Source of the DNA: Patescibacteria group bacterium | GTDB taxonomy: Bacteria; Patescibacteriota; Patescibacteriia; PEXW01 | Direction of reading: 5' to 3' | NCBI GenBank assembly: GCA_041671325.1 | Contig: JBAZBR010000003.1 | Location: 68,506 to 132,505, forward strand | Length of the DNA stretch: 64,000 nucleotides | Shown: piece after piece, positions 49,607 through 59,535 of the stretch | Layout of the letters: each line of letters opens with the position of its first letter | Numbering within the stretch: the stretch's first letter is position 1 | Translations under genes and position numbers: made by a program | Notes under the pieces: model-generated | What the model was told of the DNA's origin: nothing | Databases searched by the model: none | What the model saw: the letters and a program-made list of their open reading frames with translations, nothing else

Positions 49607-49780
49607 CGCGTCATCGCGAGCGGCGGGTTTCGTGTGCCCCGCCCTGGCGGGACCCACTGCACCCTTTGTTCGCGTGCCGCTATCCCCAATTTTTAATAAA
49701 AAATTGGGGACCCCACGAGACATTAGCTTTCACAGGTGTGCCGCTTTTCCCACGCGCCAGTTCCGTCGCGTGGGGCTCCT
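49607..49780 (+). repeat. tRNA-3'-adjacent modular structured repeat, copy 3
   Basis: Same core; second module CCCACGCGCCAGTTCCG.CGCGTGGGG shared with 25681. Confidence 0.8.
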
Positions 49781-49877
49781 GAATATACAAAATTTAGCCT
49801 GAATTAAATACAAGAAGTTTTTATTGTTTAATTTTTTAGAGATTCGAAGGGTGATAAAGGCTTAAGTAGGCATACTA

Positions 49878-50198
49878 TTGTATTTTTTTAATACAGATGA
49901 TAATTTGGAAACGCACAAATTGATTAATAAGTTGATGGAAAAAGCTGAAATTCCAACTGAAAGTCATGAAAATAGGGAAAACCAAGGAAAACTGTATGCA
50001 TTTCCTGACGGCCGTTTTCGATTTTTCTATTCAATTGTAGATAACCAAATGGCTATATTCAGGGTTAGGGAAGATATTACGCCATCAATTAGAGCCGAAC
50101 AAAAAGGCATACCCCGTGGATCATCGATTATGCCCGCGAATGAAGAGCAGGTTCAGACCTGGCTTGATGGCCATCCGGATTATAAAATTATTGAATAA
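49878..50198 (+). CDS. Hypothetical protein (start possibly ATG 49935)
   Basis: ORF only. Confidence 0.5.
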   Translation: MYFFNTDDNLETHKLINKLMEKAEIPTESHENRENQGKLYAFPDGRFRFFYSIVDNQMAIFRVREDITPSIRAEQKGIPRGSSIMPANEEQVQTWLDGHPDYKIIE

Positions 50199-50305
50199 AC
50201 AAGCGAAACCAAGACTTGGCTGGGGTTTGACGCTTTTTTAATTGACATTTTACCAGGATATATTAGGTTTAGTTAACAAAAACAGAAATCAACAAGGAGG
50301 TTGGC

Positions 50306-50665
50306 ATGGCCCAAGAAACGCAACAAGTTGAAAGTCCAGCAAGCCTATTTAAACATAAGGCCGAAATAGTAAAAGGCCAATTTGCAGATGCTCATACCCA
50401 GTTAAATAATATCCTCCAATTCCTTAGTCATCCGATAGGTGAAGTGCATAAGGAATTTGTTACCGAAGCTTATTTTCTTTTTTGCGCTTTTACTAAAGCG
50501 CCTTATTCTGACGATAAGTATTGCGGCCTGCATGAATTGAATCTGGCTTTGGCTAATTATTTGGCAAATAGTGTCCCTGACAAGACCTTGCTTGCCAAAG
50601 CCACCAAATGGCAGGAATTCATAGTCTTTGAAGCTTGGTTCAAAAAGATATATCGTTGGTTATAA
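50306..50665 (+). CDS. Hypothetical protein (orphan)
   Basis: Promoter at 50242, AAGGAGG SD, terminator. Confidence 0.7.
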   Translation: MAQETQQVESPASLFKHKAEIVKGQFADAHTQLNNILQFLSHPIGEVHKEFVTEAYFLFCAFTKAPYSDDKYCGLHELNLALANYLANSVPDKTLLAKATKWQEFIVFEAWFKKIYRWL

Positions 50666-50699
50666 AAAAAGCCCCCGAGATTTTGAGGGCTTTTTCTAA

Positions 50700-50978
50700 T
50701 TATTTTTTTAAGGCGTCTTTTAAGGCTTTGCCAGCCTTGAATTTGGGTACGCGGACCGCGGCAATCTGGATTTTTTGCGTGGGGTTTTGGGGGTTAACGC
50801 CAGTCCTGGCCGAACGTTGTTTGGCCATGAACGTGCCAAAACCAGTCAGGGTAACTTCTCCGTTAGCTTTCATAGTTTCAGTGGTAATGGACATAAAAGC
50901 GTCTAACATGTCTTCGGCCTGTTTGTTGGTAATGCTGATTTTTTCCGCAATTTTTTGAATAAGTTCGGCTTTGTTCAT
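50700..50978 (-). CDS. hup: DNA-binding protein HU
   Basis: MNKAELI, GFGTF, R.GVNPQ, PKFKAGK.LK. Confidence 0.96.
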   Translation of the reverse strand: MNKAELIQKIAEKISITNKQAEDMLDAFMSITTETMKANGEVTLTGFGTFMAKQRSARTGVNPQNPTQKIQIAAVRVPKFKAGKALKDALKK

Positions 50979-51021
50979 AGGACTCACCCCTTTTGGGCAA
51001 TTAAAAGTTTGGATATGAATA

Positions 51022-51804
51022 TTATACCTCAAATTCCTTGTCTAGTCTGGAAATTTTCTTTACTTGGTTTTTCGGGCTAATTTCAATCAAGATTGAATTA
51101 AAAATCACCGGTCCATGCTCGGCAATTTCGTGCGGTTTCTTGTCACCGCTTAAAAACCTGGGCATGATGGCCGCCTTATCCACGCCAATGATGCCATCCC
51201 GCAACCCGGTCATGCCAACATCGGTGATATAAGCCGTGCCATTAGGCAAGAGGCGGGCATCAGCCGTAGGTACATGGGTATGCGTGCCAATGACTGCCAC
51301 TACGCGGCCGTCCAAGTGCCAGCCTAAAGCCACTTTTTCACTGGTAGCTTCAGCATGCATATCTACAATTATCAAATCAGCCTTGAATTTGGTTAACAGC
51401 AGATCAGCCGCGGTAAAGGGCGAAGTTGCTTCTTGGATCATAAAAGACTGGCCGCTTAAATTTATGATTAGGACCTTTCTTTTTTTGACTACAATGATTT
51501 TTGCGCCTACGCCTGGCAAGCCCTCTTCGTAATTTGCCGGCCGGATAAGATTGGAATTTTCATCAGCCAGCAAAGCATTGGCATCGGTCTTGCTGAAAGT
51601 GTGGTTGCCGCCAGTGCCAAAATCTATACCGGCATTTTGCATCTCTGCCCAAGTTTTTTTAGTCAAACCTTTGCCGTGCGCTAAATTTTCCACATTGGCA
51701 ATGACCAAATCGATTTTTTTCAATTTTTTAAGTTTTGGCAAAACCTTGGCCACAGCCAAGCGGCCGGGTTTGCCTACGATATCGCCGATGAAAAGAATGT
51801 TCAT
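51022..51804 (-). CDS. ymdB: YmdB-like metallophosphoesterase (TIGR00282)
   Basis: FIGDIVG.PGR, HAEATSEK, GTHTHV.TAD, TDVGMTG. Confidence 0.95.
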   Translation of the reverse strand: MNILFIGDIVGKPGRLAVAKVLPKLKKLKKIDLVIANVENLAHGKGLTKKTWAEMQNAGIDFGTGGNHTFSKTDANALLADENSNLIRPANYEEGLPGVGAKIIVVKKRKVLIINLSGQSFMIQEATSPFTAADLLLTKFKADLIIVDMHAEATSEKVALGWHLDGRVVAVIGTHTHVPTADARLLPNGTAYITDVGMTGLRDGIIGVDKAAIMPRFLSGDKKPHEIAEHGPVIFNSILIEISPKNQVKKISRLDKEFEV

Positions 51805-51943
51805 AGACAAAATATACCGAAAGCCAGGTAACAAAGCAATGCATCTAATAAATTGACAAAGGAATTTTATCTAGATAGTGTAAGGTATAAAGACTTTTTC
51901 TTTGAAAACTAAATAACTAATAGCATAATTAAGGAGGTTTGAA

Positions 51944-52717
51944 ATGAACCGTGGTCTTCAAGTCTTTTCGGCTTGTGCGCTTGGCGCGTTACTGGGCACG
52001 CTAATTGCCAGCCAATTCACTTCGCTTTTTTGGCTGGTTGGCCCTCTGAGTGGCGGAATTTTCGCCTATTTGGCCTATGATTTCCAGGTAGTCAAGCAAA
52101 ATGCGCGTTTAGCCTGGCAAAGGGTCTGGGGCTGGCAATTAACCAGAGCGAAGGCGAAAAAAATCGGGCTTATAACCCTTTCTTCGTTTTTTGGTCTGGT
52201 TTGGCTTGGCTTGGCTTATATTAGCGCAGAAACATTGTCACTTTCAGCCGAGGCTAATCAACTAATAGGCGTACTAATAAGTCCGTGTTTATTATTTATT
52301 TGCGTATGTGGGACAGTGATTTCTTTTGCCATGCTTATTCCTGAAATTGTAAATGGCCAGGATAAAGAAATGGTCCGATGGCTGTTGGTTTTTACAAATC
52401 CTCTCACTTTCTTTGAGGTAACCATTCCATATTTAACGTGCTGGATAATCTACAAATCATGTAAAAACAGGAAAAGAATATTTTCCGAACTTGGAATGGC
52501 AGTCGTAGATATTGGCAAGTTTATTTTGATCTTTTTAAAGTTGACTCACAGCCAAATTCGTTTGACTTGCCTGGTTGACGCGACCATTGGCGCTATAGCC
52601 GGACACTTGCTCGGCAACAACCTTTTAATCGGCGCTTTAGTCGGAGGGATTCTGGGCGTCTTGAATTTTGAGATCCTTTCCAAACGCGTCTTCAAGCTTG
52701 TGTCCATGCGTTCCTAA
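51944..52717 (+). CDS. Hypothetical multi-TM membrane protein (orphan)
   Basis: Promoter at 51853, TTCTTTGAAAAC, AAGGAGG SD, terminator. Confidence 0.75.
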   Translation: MNRGLQVFSACALGALLGTLIASQFTSLFWLVGPLSGGIFAYLAYDFQVVKQNARLAWQRVWGWQLTRAKAKKIGLITLSSFFGLVWLGLAYISAETLSLSAEANQLIGVLISPCLLFICVCGTVISFAMLIPEIVNGQDKEMVRWLLVFTNPLTFFEVTIPYLTCWIIYKSCKNRKRIFSELGMAVVDIGKFILIFLKLTHSQIRLTCLVDATIGAIAGHLLGNNLLIGALVGGILGVLNFEILSKRVFKLVSMRS

Positions 52718-52842
52718 TTCTTTCATTAAAAACCCGTCTGTTGTTAAGACGGGTTTTTGCTACTCAAAAGGATGATTGACAGCTAATTTTTAATAAGATA
52801 GTTTGTTAGTGAATAGAAACAAAAAGCCAAAAAGGAGGAGTC

Positions 52843-53391
52843 ATGGATTTACGGCCTGTTCCTTTAAATTCTTTTCTTACGGACTTGGTTAGTATTTCCC
52901 AAAGCACATTCGATACCCTGATTAAGATGGAAGAGTTTGCTGAAGACAAAAATATCAAACAGCCGAATGGGTATTTGTCGGTTTTGGATGTAGCTACTGG
53001 CAAACTCCTACTCTGCCAGCACCTAGGGACCGCGACGGTTGAGGTTAAGGCAACGGATGTTGTCGGCCCGGATTATCTGCGCTTTTTAGACAGCAACCTC
53101 AGACTTGCTTTGGCAAACGCTATCCGGCTTTGGTCTGCGTATAAGCAATTCAAAACCTGCGTTACGGCTTCTCAATGCGCCAACCGCGATAATCATGAAG
53201 GCGGTGGAGCCGTGGCTTCCAAGCAAGTAATTCTCTCTGTCGCAGGTTTAGGCGGAGAAGCGAGCGAGGCTCTAGCAATCGGCATTGCTGTTCAAATGAA
53301 TTTCTTTGCCATGTCAAAGACTCAAGCCCTGGAGATTGCTAGAACGACTCATAACCCTTTAATCCGGCCGTTGCTCATTGAAGTGCTTTAA
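52843..53391 (+). CDS. Hypothetical protein, possibly GlcG/HbpS-like fold
   Basis: GGGAV...ILSVAGL...SEALA C-terminal pattern; SD, promoter, terminator. Confidence 0.55.
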   Translation: MDLRPVPLNSFLTDLVSISQSTFDTLIKMEEFAEDKNIKQPNGYLSVLDVATGKLLLCQHLGTATVEVKATDVVGPDYLRFLDSNLRLALANAIRLWSAYKQFKTCVTASQCANRDNHEGGGAVASKQVILSVAGLGGEASEALAIGIAVQMNFFAMSKTQALEIARTTHNPLIRPLLIEVL

Positions 53392-53634
53392 AGTTTTTTC
53401 CTGATTTATTAAAGGTCGCTATTGAGGCGGCCTTTTTCATTTTCTAAAAATTTTCATTAAAAAAATCATCCAGCGCCGGCAGGGACACCGGCGCTGGAAA
53501 AATCTTTAAATTCGTTAGGAAGGAGGCAGGATTGCCACGTCCCCTTCGGCTCCTCCTCGACAAGCTCGGAGTCGCTTTGCTCCTCCTCGCAATGACAGAA
53601 TAACCTCGCAAGGAAATAGAAAGATTGTAAAATA

Positions 53635-54070
53635 CTCCCTCTCCCTTTGGGAGAGGGTCCACGAAGTGGGAGTGAGGGTTACTCGGAAATTAATTGACTA
53701 ATCTTTTCTAAGACCGCCTCAGGATTTTTCTGTAAATCATTAGCCCAAATGCGAATCACTTTATAGCCACATTCTTTAAGATAAGCATTTCTTTGTTTAT
53801 CTTTGGTTATTTGGGATGGATTAGCATGTCCGCTTCCATCTAATTCGATTATCAACTTCTTTTCCCGACAACAAAAATCAGTAATATATCTGCCGATTGG
53901 GAATTGACGGTGAAACTTCAGACCTGAGAAATGCCTATTACGCAAATAAAACCATAATTTTAATTCATGGGGGTTCTGTAATTTTCTTTGTCTTCTAGCT
54001 AGTGGAGTAAGTTTCTTCATTTTTTGTCCACCTCACCCTCGATCCCTCTCCTGTATAGGAGAGGGAGGGG
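53635..54070. mobile_element. DUF559 nuclease cassette bounded by inverted CCCTCAC..CCCTCTCC..GGAGAGGG palindromes
   Basis: Arms at 53635-53678 and 54031-54070 in opposite orientation around one gene. Confidence 0.65.
53679..54020 (-). CDS. DUF559 (Vsr-like) endonuclease
   Basis: E..LW..LR.R...G.KF.RQ.PIG.YI.DF.C...KLIIELDG..H. Confidence 0.93.
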   Translation of the reverse strand: MKKLTPLARRQRKLQNPHELKLWFYLRNRHFSGLKFHRQFPIGRYITDFCCREKKLIIELDGSGHANPSQITKDKQRNAYLKECGYKVIRIWANDLQKNPEAVLEKISQLISE

Positions 54071-54082
54071 TGTTTTTTAAAA

Positions 54083-55624
54083 TTACCTCGCGTACTCTAT
54101 AACCCGGCGTTCTCTTATTACCGTAACCTTGATTTCGCCAGGATACTGCAGTTCCTTTTCAATGTTATTGGCGATTTCCTTAGCCATTTTCATGGCGGTA
54201 TAGTCATCAATTTTTTCTGGGGAGACAAAGACCCGGATTTCCCGGCCAGCCTGGATGGCATAAGCCTTTTCCACGCCTTCAAAGCCTGTGGCGACTTTTT
54301 CCAAGTCTTCCAATCTTTGGATGTATTGTTCAATAGAGTCTTTGCGGGCGCCGGGACGGGAGCCAGAAATGGCGTCAGCCACTTTGACAATGACTGCTTC
54401 CAAAGTCTTGGGCTGGTCTTCATGGTGGCCAATGCACATGTAGGCGATTTCTTCAGGGATCTTGAATTTTCTTCGCAGAACATCGTAACCGATTTCCGTA
54501 TGCGTGCCCTGGATATCATGGTCTAAAGCCTTGCCGATGTCGTGCAATAAGCCGCCGCGCTTGCAGACGCTGACATTGGCACCGAGCTCTTCAGCTAACA
54601 AGCCAGCCAAATTTGAAACCTCAATGGAATGTTGGAGAACATTTTGGCCGTAAGAAGTCCGGTATTTTAATCGGCCCAAAAGCATTAACAATTTCGGGTC
54701 CATGCCCGCCAAACCCACTTCATAAGCCGCGTCTTCGCCGGCTTTTTTCATATCCTTGGCAATTTCTTTTTTGGCTTCATCCACATATTCCTCAATGCGG
54801 CCGGGATGGATGCGGCCATCAGCCATTAAATGATCCAAAGCTTTTTTGGCCACTTGCCGGCGGACTGGCGAAAAGCCGGAAACAATAATTGATTCCGGGG
54901 TTTCGTCGACAATCACTTCAACCCCAGTCAGTAATTCCAAAGTCTTGATATTCCGGTCTTCTTTACCGATTATTCGGCCTTTCATTTCTTCATTAGGCAG
55001 GTTGACAATCGTAGTCGTGGTTTCCGCCGTATGCGGGGAAGCCACTTTTTGGATAGCCAGACTGATCAAGTTCTTGGCCTGCTTTTCCATTTCTTCGCCG
55101 GATTCTTCCTGGAATTTCTTGATCCTTTGCAAAAGTTCGTCCTTCATGTCCCGTTCTGTGGCATCTAAAAGCACGCGCTTGGCTTCTTCCTTGGTTAGGC
55201 CCGCGATTTTTTCCAATTTTGCCACTTGCAGTTCCCGAATTTTTTCCAATTCAGTGCGGATGTTATCCATCCGATTTTCCTTGTCCTTCAGGCTCACCTG
55301 CTGTTTTTCCAATTGCATTAATTTTTGGTCAAAGGCGTTTTCACGTTTTTCCAGCCTTTCCTGCAAACTGTCAATCTGTTTGCGCCGCGCGCTATCTTCA
55401 TTCTTGGCTTCTTCAATCAATTTTAAAGCTTTCTCTTTGGCACCAAAGAGAATATCTTTTTCTTTTTGCCTGGCTTCATCCAAGGCCTTTTGCAGCCTTG
55501 ATTCAGCGCCTTCAAGTTGCTTGGCAGCCCATACTTTGCGAGCAAAATAGCCAACAAGGATGCCGCCGATCGTGCCGACGGGCAGGAAACCCAGCCAAAA
55601 CCAAATAGAGAGGGAATTGTCCAT
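54083..55624 (-). CDS. rny: Ribonuclease Y
   Basis: N-terminal TM, coiled coil, KH, HD (LLHDIGKA), YAIQAGREIRV. Confidence 0.97.
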   Translation of the reverse strand: MDNSLSIWFWLGFLPVGTIGGILVGYFARKVWAAKQLEGAESRLQKALDEARQKEKDILFGAKEKALKLIEEAKNEDSARRKQIDSLQERLEKRENAFDQKLMQLEKQQVSLKDKENRMDNIRTELEKIRELQVAKLEKIAGLTKEEAKRVLLDATERDMKDELLQRIKKFQEESGEEMEKQAKNLISLAIQKVASPHTAETTTTIVNLPNEEMKGRIIGKEDRNIKTLELLTGVEVIVDETPESIIVSGFSPVRRQVAKKALDHLMADGRIHPGRIEEYVDEAKKEIAKDMKKAGEDAAYEVGLAGMDPKLLMLLGRLKYRTSYGQNVLQHSIEVSNLAGLLAEELGANVSVCKRGGLLHDIGKALDHDIQGTHTEIGYDVLRRKFKIPEEIAYMCIGHHEDQPKTLEAVIVKVADAISGSRPGARKDSIEQYIQRLEDLEKVATGFEGVEKAYAIQAGREIRVFVSPEKIDDYTAMKMAKEIANNIEKELQYPGEIKVTVIRERRVIEYAR

Positions 55625-55765
55625 AAAAATTGTAGGATTTTAATTTCATAAGGGGTGTAACAAACTTCGACAAATTTATTGAAAAATTTAAGTTAGTTAG
55701 CAAAAATTAATCTACCATAATTGAATTGGGGGAGTAAAGGGAGGGGCGTCATAAACAAGCCACTT

Positions 55766-55869
55766 TTGTCATTTCGAGCGAAGCGAAGCGAAGTCGAGAA
55801 ATCTCGTTTTATTCAACTTAGATTCCTCGGTTCACCCCACCAAATGGTGTGGCTCACTCGGAATGACAA
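55766..55869. repeat. TGTCAT..ATGACA palindromic REP/RPE-like element
   Basis: TTGTCATTTCGAG..CTCGGAATGACAA terminal stems. Confidence 0.75.
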
Positions 55870-55875
55870 GAAAGT

Positions 55876-56460
55876 TTAAGAGGCTTTATTGATTATCTTA
55901 TCAATAATGCCGTATTTCTTGGCTTCTTCCGCAGACATGAACTTGTCCCGATCGCTGTCATCTTCGATTTTTTTGATGGTTTGATTAGTGTGGTGGGCCA
56001 AAATCTGGTTGATCCGGTCCTTGATTTTCAAGATATGTTCGGCGCGGATCTTGATGTCCGAAGCCTGGCCTTCGGTGCCGCCCATGACTTGGTGGATGAG
56101 GATTTCCGAATTCGGCAAAGCGAACCTTTTGCCTTTAGCCCCGCCTGCCAGAAGTACGGCGCCCATGCTGGAGGCCATGCCTACGCAAATGGTGCTGACA
56201 TCAGGCTTGACGTATTGCATGGTGTCATAGACTGCCATGCCAGCCGTGACTGAACCGCCCGGAGTGTTGATGTAGATCTTGATGTCTTTTTCCTTGTCCT
56301 GGTTTTCCAAGAACAAAAGCTGGGCAATGACTGTGTTGGCCACAGCATCATCAATCATTTCGCCCAAAAAGATGATGCGGTCTTTTAAAAGCCGGGAATA
56401 AATGTCATAGGCCCGTTCGCCAAAATTGGATTTTTCAATAACAGTTGGGACTAAATACAT
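55876..56460 (-). CDS. clpP: ATP-dependent Clp protease proteolytic subunit
   Basis: [30 protein letters not shown]. Confidence 0.98.
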   Translation of the reverse strand: MYLVPTVIEKSNFGERAYDIYSRLLKDRIIFLGEMIDDAVANTVIAQLLFLENQDKEKDIKIYINTPGGSVTAGMAVYDTMQYVKPDVSTICVGMASSMGAVLLAGGAKGKRFALPNSEILIHQVMGGTEGQASDIKIRAEHILKIKDRINQILAHHTNQTIKKIEDDSDRDKFMSAEEAKKYGIIDKIINKAS

Positions 56461-56567
56461 AAGGGTAATTTCTAGTTAATTTTATGGAGTTTTTAGGGCA
56501 ATAAGTTATAGCCCTGTTTTTAGGTTATATAAGTAAAAGGGGTTTTGGTCAAGAGTTAATTTAATTT

Positions 56568-57435
56568 GGGTATACCTAGTCAAATGGAACAGGCTTGAGC
56601 GAGATTGATAAGTAGTTATAGGGTGAATCAAATATTTCGGGATGGCTAAATCTTAAGGTAAATTCAGCCACTAATTCCGGCAGGTAATCTGGAGTGACAT
56701 GGTGATACATTCTTCTAATAAAGGTTCTTAAATTGCCGAATAATCCTTCAATCTCTGAGGTTAAGCCAAACTCAAAACTTCTATGTATATCGACTTGATG
56801 TCTAACTTGCCACCAGCGGTTAATACCTTTGTAGATGGCTGAACCATCAGTTTGCAAGCAACTTTTAGGTTCAACGGTTTGGAAGATAAATTGACTCGCC
56901 TCTTGTTTGTCGACTGAGTTTTTGAAAATAACTTGGTGGGCTAGATTTTTAGAGCCAGCTTGTTTAGCCATCAAAAGGGAAAGATCTTTAAAGTAGGCTT
57001 CATCCATTTGAATCTGACCATTTAAAATCGGCTCAAATTGGGGTAAATGGAGCCTAAAGATCCTAAACCAATGTCTAACTGTCATTTCGCTTAAGTGGCA
57101 AAGTTTTTGAGTTTGGAGTACAGGAATCTTTTGAGTCCAACACCAAAGTAAAGCATAAAAGGTGCGTAAGTTTAGTTTTAGGCTTCTAAGCCAAGTGCCA
57201 GACAAGAGGCTAAAAGGTTGACGACAATTTCGGCAACGATATCGATTTTCTGATAAGTAGACCCGTCTTTGGTGACAACGGGGACAAAAGAGATGGCTGC
57301 CAAATATTATTCTTCTAAGCTTCTTTAGAATTTGAGCTTCTGAAGGGAGCTGTTTTAAGAGGGCAATCATATGTAACGCAAGGTTAATGATAGTTAAAGT
57401 CAGCTTAACCTTGTTCCAAATGGTTTAGTATACCC
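56568..57435 (-). mobile_element. IS1595-family insertion sequence (868 bp)
   Basis: Imperfect 24-bp TIR GGGTATAC-N9-TGGAACA; 8-bp TSD TTTAATTT at 56560-56567 and 57436-57443. Confidence 0.9.
56576..57370 (-). CDS. IS1595-family DDE transposase
   Basis: CPRC..CRNC zinc ribbon; MDEAY, TDG..Y, IEGLFG.L..F.RR.YHH. Confidence 0.9.
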   Translation of the reverse strand: MIALLKQLPSEAQILKKLRRIIFGSHLFCPRCHQRRVYLSENRYRCRNCRQPFSLLSGTWLRSLKLNLRTFYALLWCWTQKIPVLQTQKLCHLSEMTVRHWFRIFRLHLPQFEPILNGQIQMDEAYFKDLSLLMAKQAGSKNLAHQVIFKNSVDKQEASQFIFQTVEPKSCLQTDGSAIYKGINRWWQVRHQVDIHRSFEFGLTSEIEGLFGNLRTFIRRMYHHVTPDYLPELVAEFTLRFSHPEIFDSPYNYLSISLKPVPFD

Positions 57436-57558
57436 TTTAATTTACCCTTGACAAATTTTGTATTTGTGCTATGCTAATCTGTTTTCTGCAAATAAAAAGA
57501 AAAATAGCAAAAGTTGAAAAAACAATAACTGATTAATTTTACACAAAGGAGTGTCTGT

Positions 57559-59454
57559 ATGTGGTTACTTATGGTACTGCTCGGAACCATTAATCCGAAC
57601 TTCCAGCAGCTGAAGGATGGAAACGTTGGTCGTTACATCGGGATGACCATTTTACGAGCTTTTGTTTCCTTGATGTTGGTCGGTCTGGTCCAGTTTTATT
57701 TCGTGTTGCCGGCGATGTACTGGCCGAAATACCTCTGGGTCATTTTCTTTCCGATTTTATGGAACTGCATCATCACCTGGATCGAGATCATGGATGATAA
57801 CGATACCATCGTACCAGCCGGAGTCCTCACGGTGATTTTGGCGATACTGCTGGTCGTATCGATGGTGGTCGGCATATCCCCGTACACCAATACCGAAGCG
57901 AATCTTCGGCCATTGATGAACATCAAGATTGCGGACAATCTGCCGTCTGAACAACAGGATAAGCTTGACCTGAACCATATTTTGTCAGTTCCGCCGGAAA
58001 TGGCCAGTTGGAAAGCCAATAAGGTCATCAGCGGCGGTGGAAAGAATTATGGCGCTTTTTTCCAAGTCGGGACTCTGGAACTTCAGAAAATCCAGGGACG
58101 TCAGATGTATGCCGCCCCGTTGATCTATAACGGGTTCATGGCGTGGTGGCGGTCAGACGGGACACCGGGTTTTGTCCTGGTGGATGCGGAAGATCCAAAC
58201 CTGGATGCGCGGTTGGTCATCCTCGACCAGCCGATGAAATATTTGCCAGAGGGCAACTTCGGCGACAACCTGGAGCGGTACCTGTACAATCGCGGTTACA
58301 GCGATTATACCCAGTACGAACAGGTGTTCGAGGTCAACGACAGTCTGAGGCCGTATTATGTCGTGACGCTGACGAAGTTTTCGAGCGGTTTTACCGGCGA
58401 GGTCGTGGAAAAAGTATTGCTGGTCGACCCGATTACCGGCAGTATCCAGTCGTTTGTACCGGGCACCACACCGCAATGGGTTGACCGCGCATTTCCACGC
58501 GCGTTAGCCACCCAATATGCGGAATGGTGGGGTCAGTACATTCATGGGTGGTGGAACCAGTTCATCGGAGGAAGCAAGGATGTCCTGAAACCGGTAGGCG
58601 GGGTAATACTCGTCTATGGAAATTCAGAACACCCGGATTTCTTTATCCAGATGACCAGCCACACCGAAAATGATCAGTCGCTGGTCGGATATTTCCTGTT
58701 CAATAGCCATCTCAACGAGGCGATGTATTACGTCATCGGGGCCGGGACAGGAAAGAGTTACGGCCACAGTGCGTCCGTCGAAACTCTGGTTGAGGCCAGG
58801 GAAGAGGTGACGACTCCGAAGTTCCACACCAGTTTTATCACGTATTATCCCAATCTGTACGGGGAACCCACCTGGGTCGTGCCGATCATCTCGCCGAACC
58901 ATTTGGTGGAGAAAATTGCATTCGTTCATGCTCCGAATTCCCAGGCCTCAAACGCCGTGGCAATCGGGAACAACAAGACCGAAGCGCTTTCCGCCTATTT
59001 GGAACTGTTGGCCAGGGTCCGGTCTGAGTCAATCGGTAAAGTACCGACTGACCAGGCGAACCTGATGGTCGCCAGCGGTCCGGTCTCGCGGATCGGCATG
59101 GTGCCACTCACCGATGGGATACGGTATTTCATCGAATTGAACGACATGCCGAACCGGATTTTCCAGGTGCCGCCCGGCACTACACCGGGAATCCTAGCCA
59201 TGACCCGTGAAAAAGACATTGTTCGTCTCCAGTACCTTGACACGAAAGAAGGGGTACTGAGCGTCCAGCAATTCATCAATACGCGGTATGCCAACCTCAC
59301 AGTAAGTCCGGAACAAAAGACTTATGATGAACAGGTGACCGAACAGCGAGGCACGGAAAAGGATAAAGCGGAATACCTTGAGCTTCTGAAAAACCAGAAA
59401 AGGCTTGATGAGCTCAGGAAGAAGTTTGGGGAGACTGTTACCCCCGACAAGTAG
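57559..59454 (+). CDS. Uncharacterised membrane-anchored protein with large extracellular region
   Basis: N-terminal TM helices; 631 aa; promoter at 57448, SD, terminator near 59485-59510. Confidence 0.8.
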   Translation: MWLLMVLLGTINPNFQQLKDGNVGRYIGMTILRAFVSLMLVGLVQFYFVLPAMYWPKYLWVIFFPILWNCIITWIEIMDDNDTIVPAGVLTVILAILLVVSMVVGISPYTNTEANLRPLMNIKIADNLPSEQQDKLDLNHILSVPPEMASWKANKVISGGGKNYGAFFQVGTLELQKIQGRQMYAAPLIYNGFMAWWRSDGTPGFVLVDAEDPNLDARLVILDQPMKYLPEGNFGDNLERYLYNRGYSDYTQYEQVFEVNDSLRPYYVVTLTKFSSGFTGEVVEKVLLVDPITGSIQSFVPGTTPQWVDRAFPRALATQYAEWWGQYIHGWWNQFIGGSKDVLKPVGGVILVYGNSEHPDFFIQMTSHTENDQSLVGYFLFNSHLNEAMYYVIGAGTGKSYGHSASVETLVEAREEVTTPKFHTSFITYYPNLYGEPTWVVPIISPNHLVEKIAFVHAPNSQASNAVAIGNNKTEALSAYLELLARVRSESIGKVPTDQANLMVASGPVSRIGMVPLTDGIRYFIELNDMPNRIFQVPPGTTPGILAMTREKDIVRLQYLDTKEGVLSVQQFINTRYANLTVSPEQKTYDEQVTEQRGTEKDKAEYLELLKNQKRLDELRKKFGETVTPDK

Positions 59455-59535
59455 TAATGTTTATTCTGACTTGATTTTGCTCTTGGGTGCAACCAACCGT
59501 GGTTGCACCCTATTTTTTTGATACTTAAAATTTAA

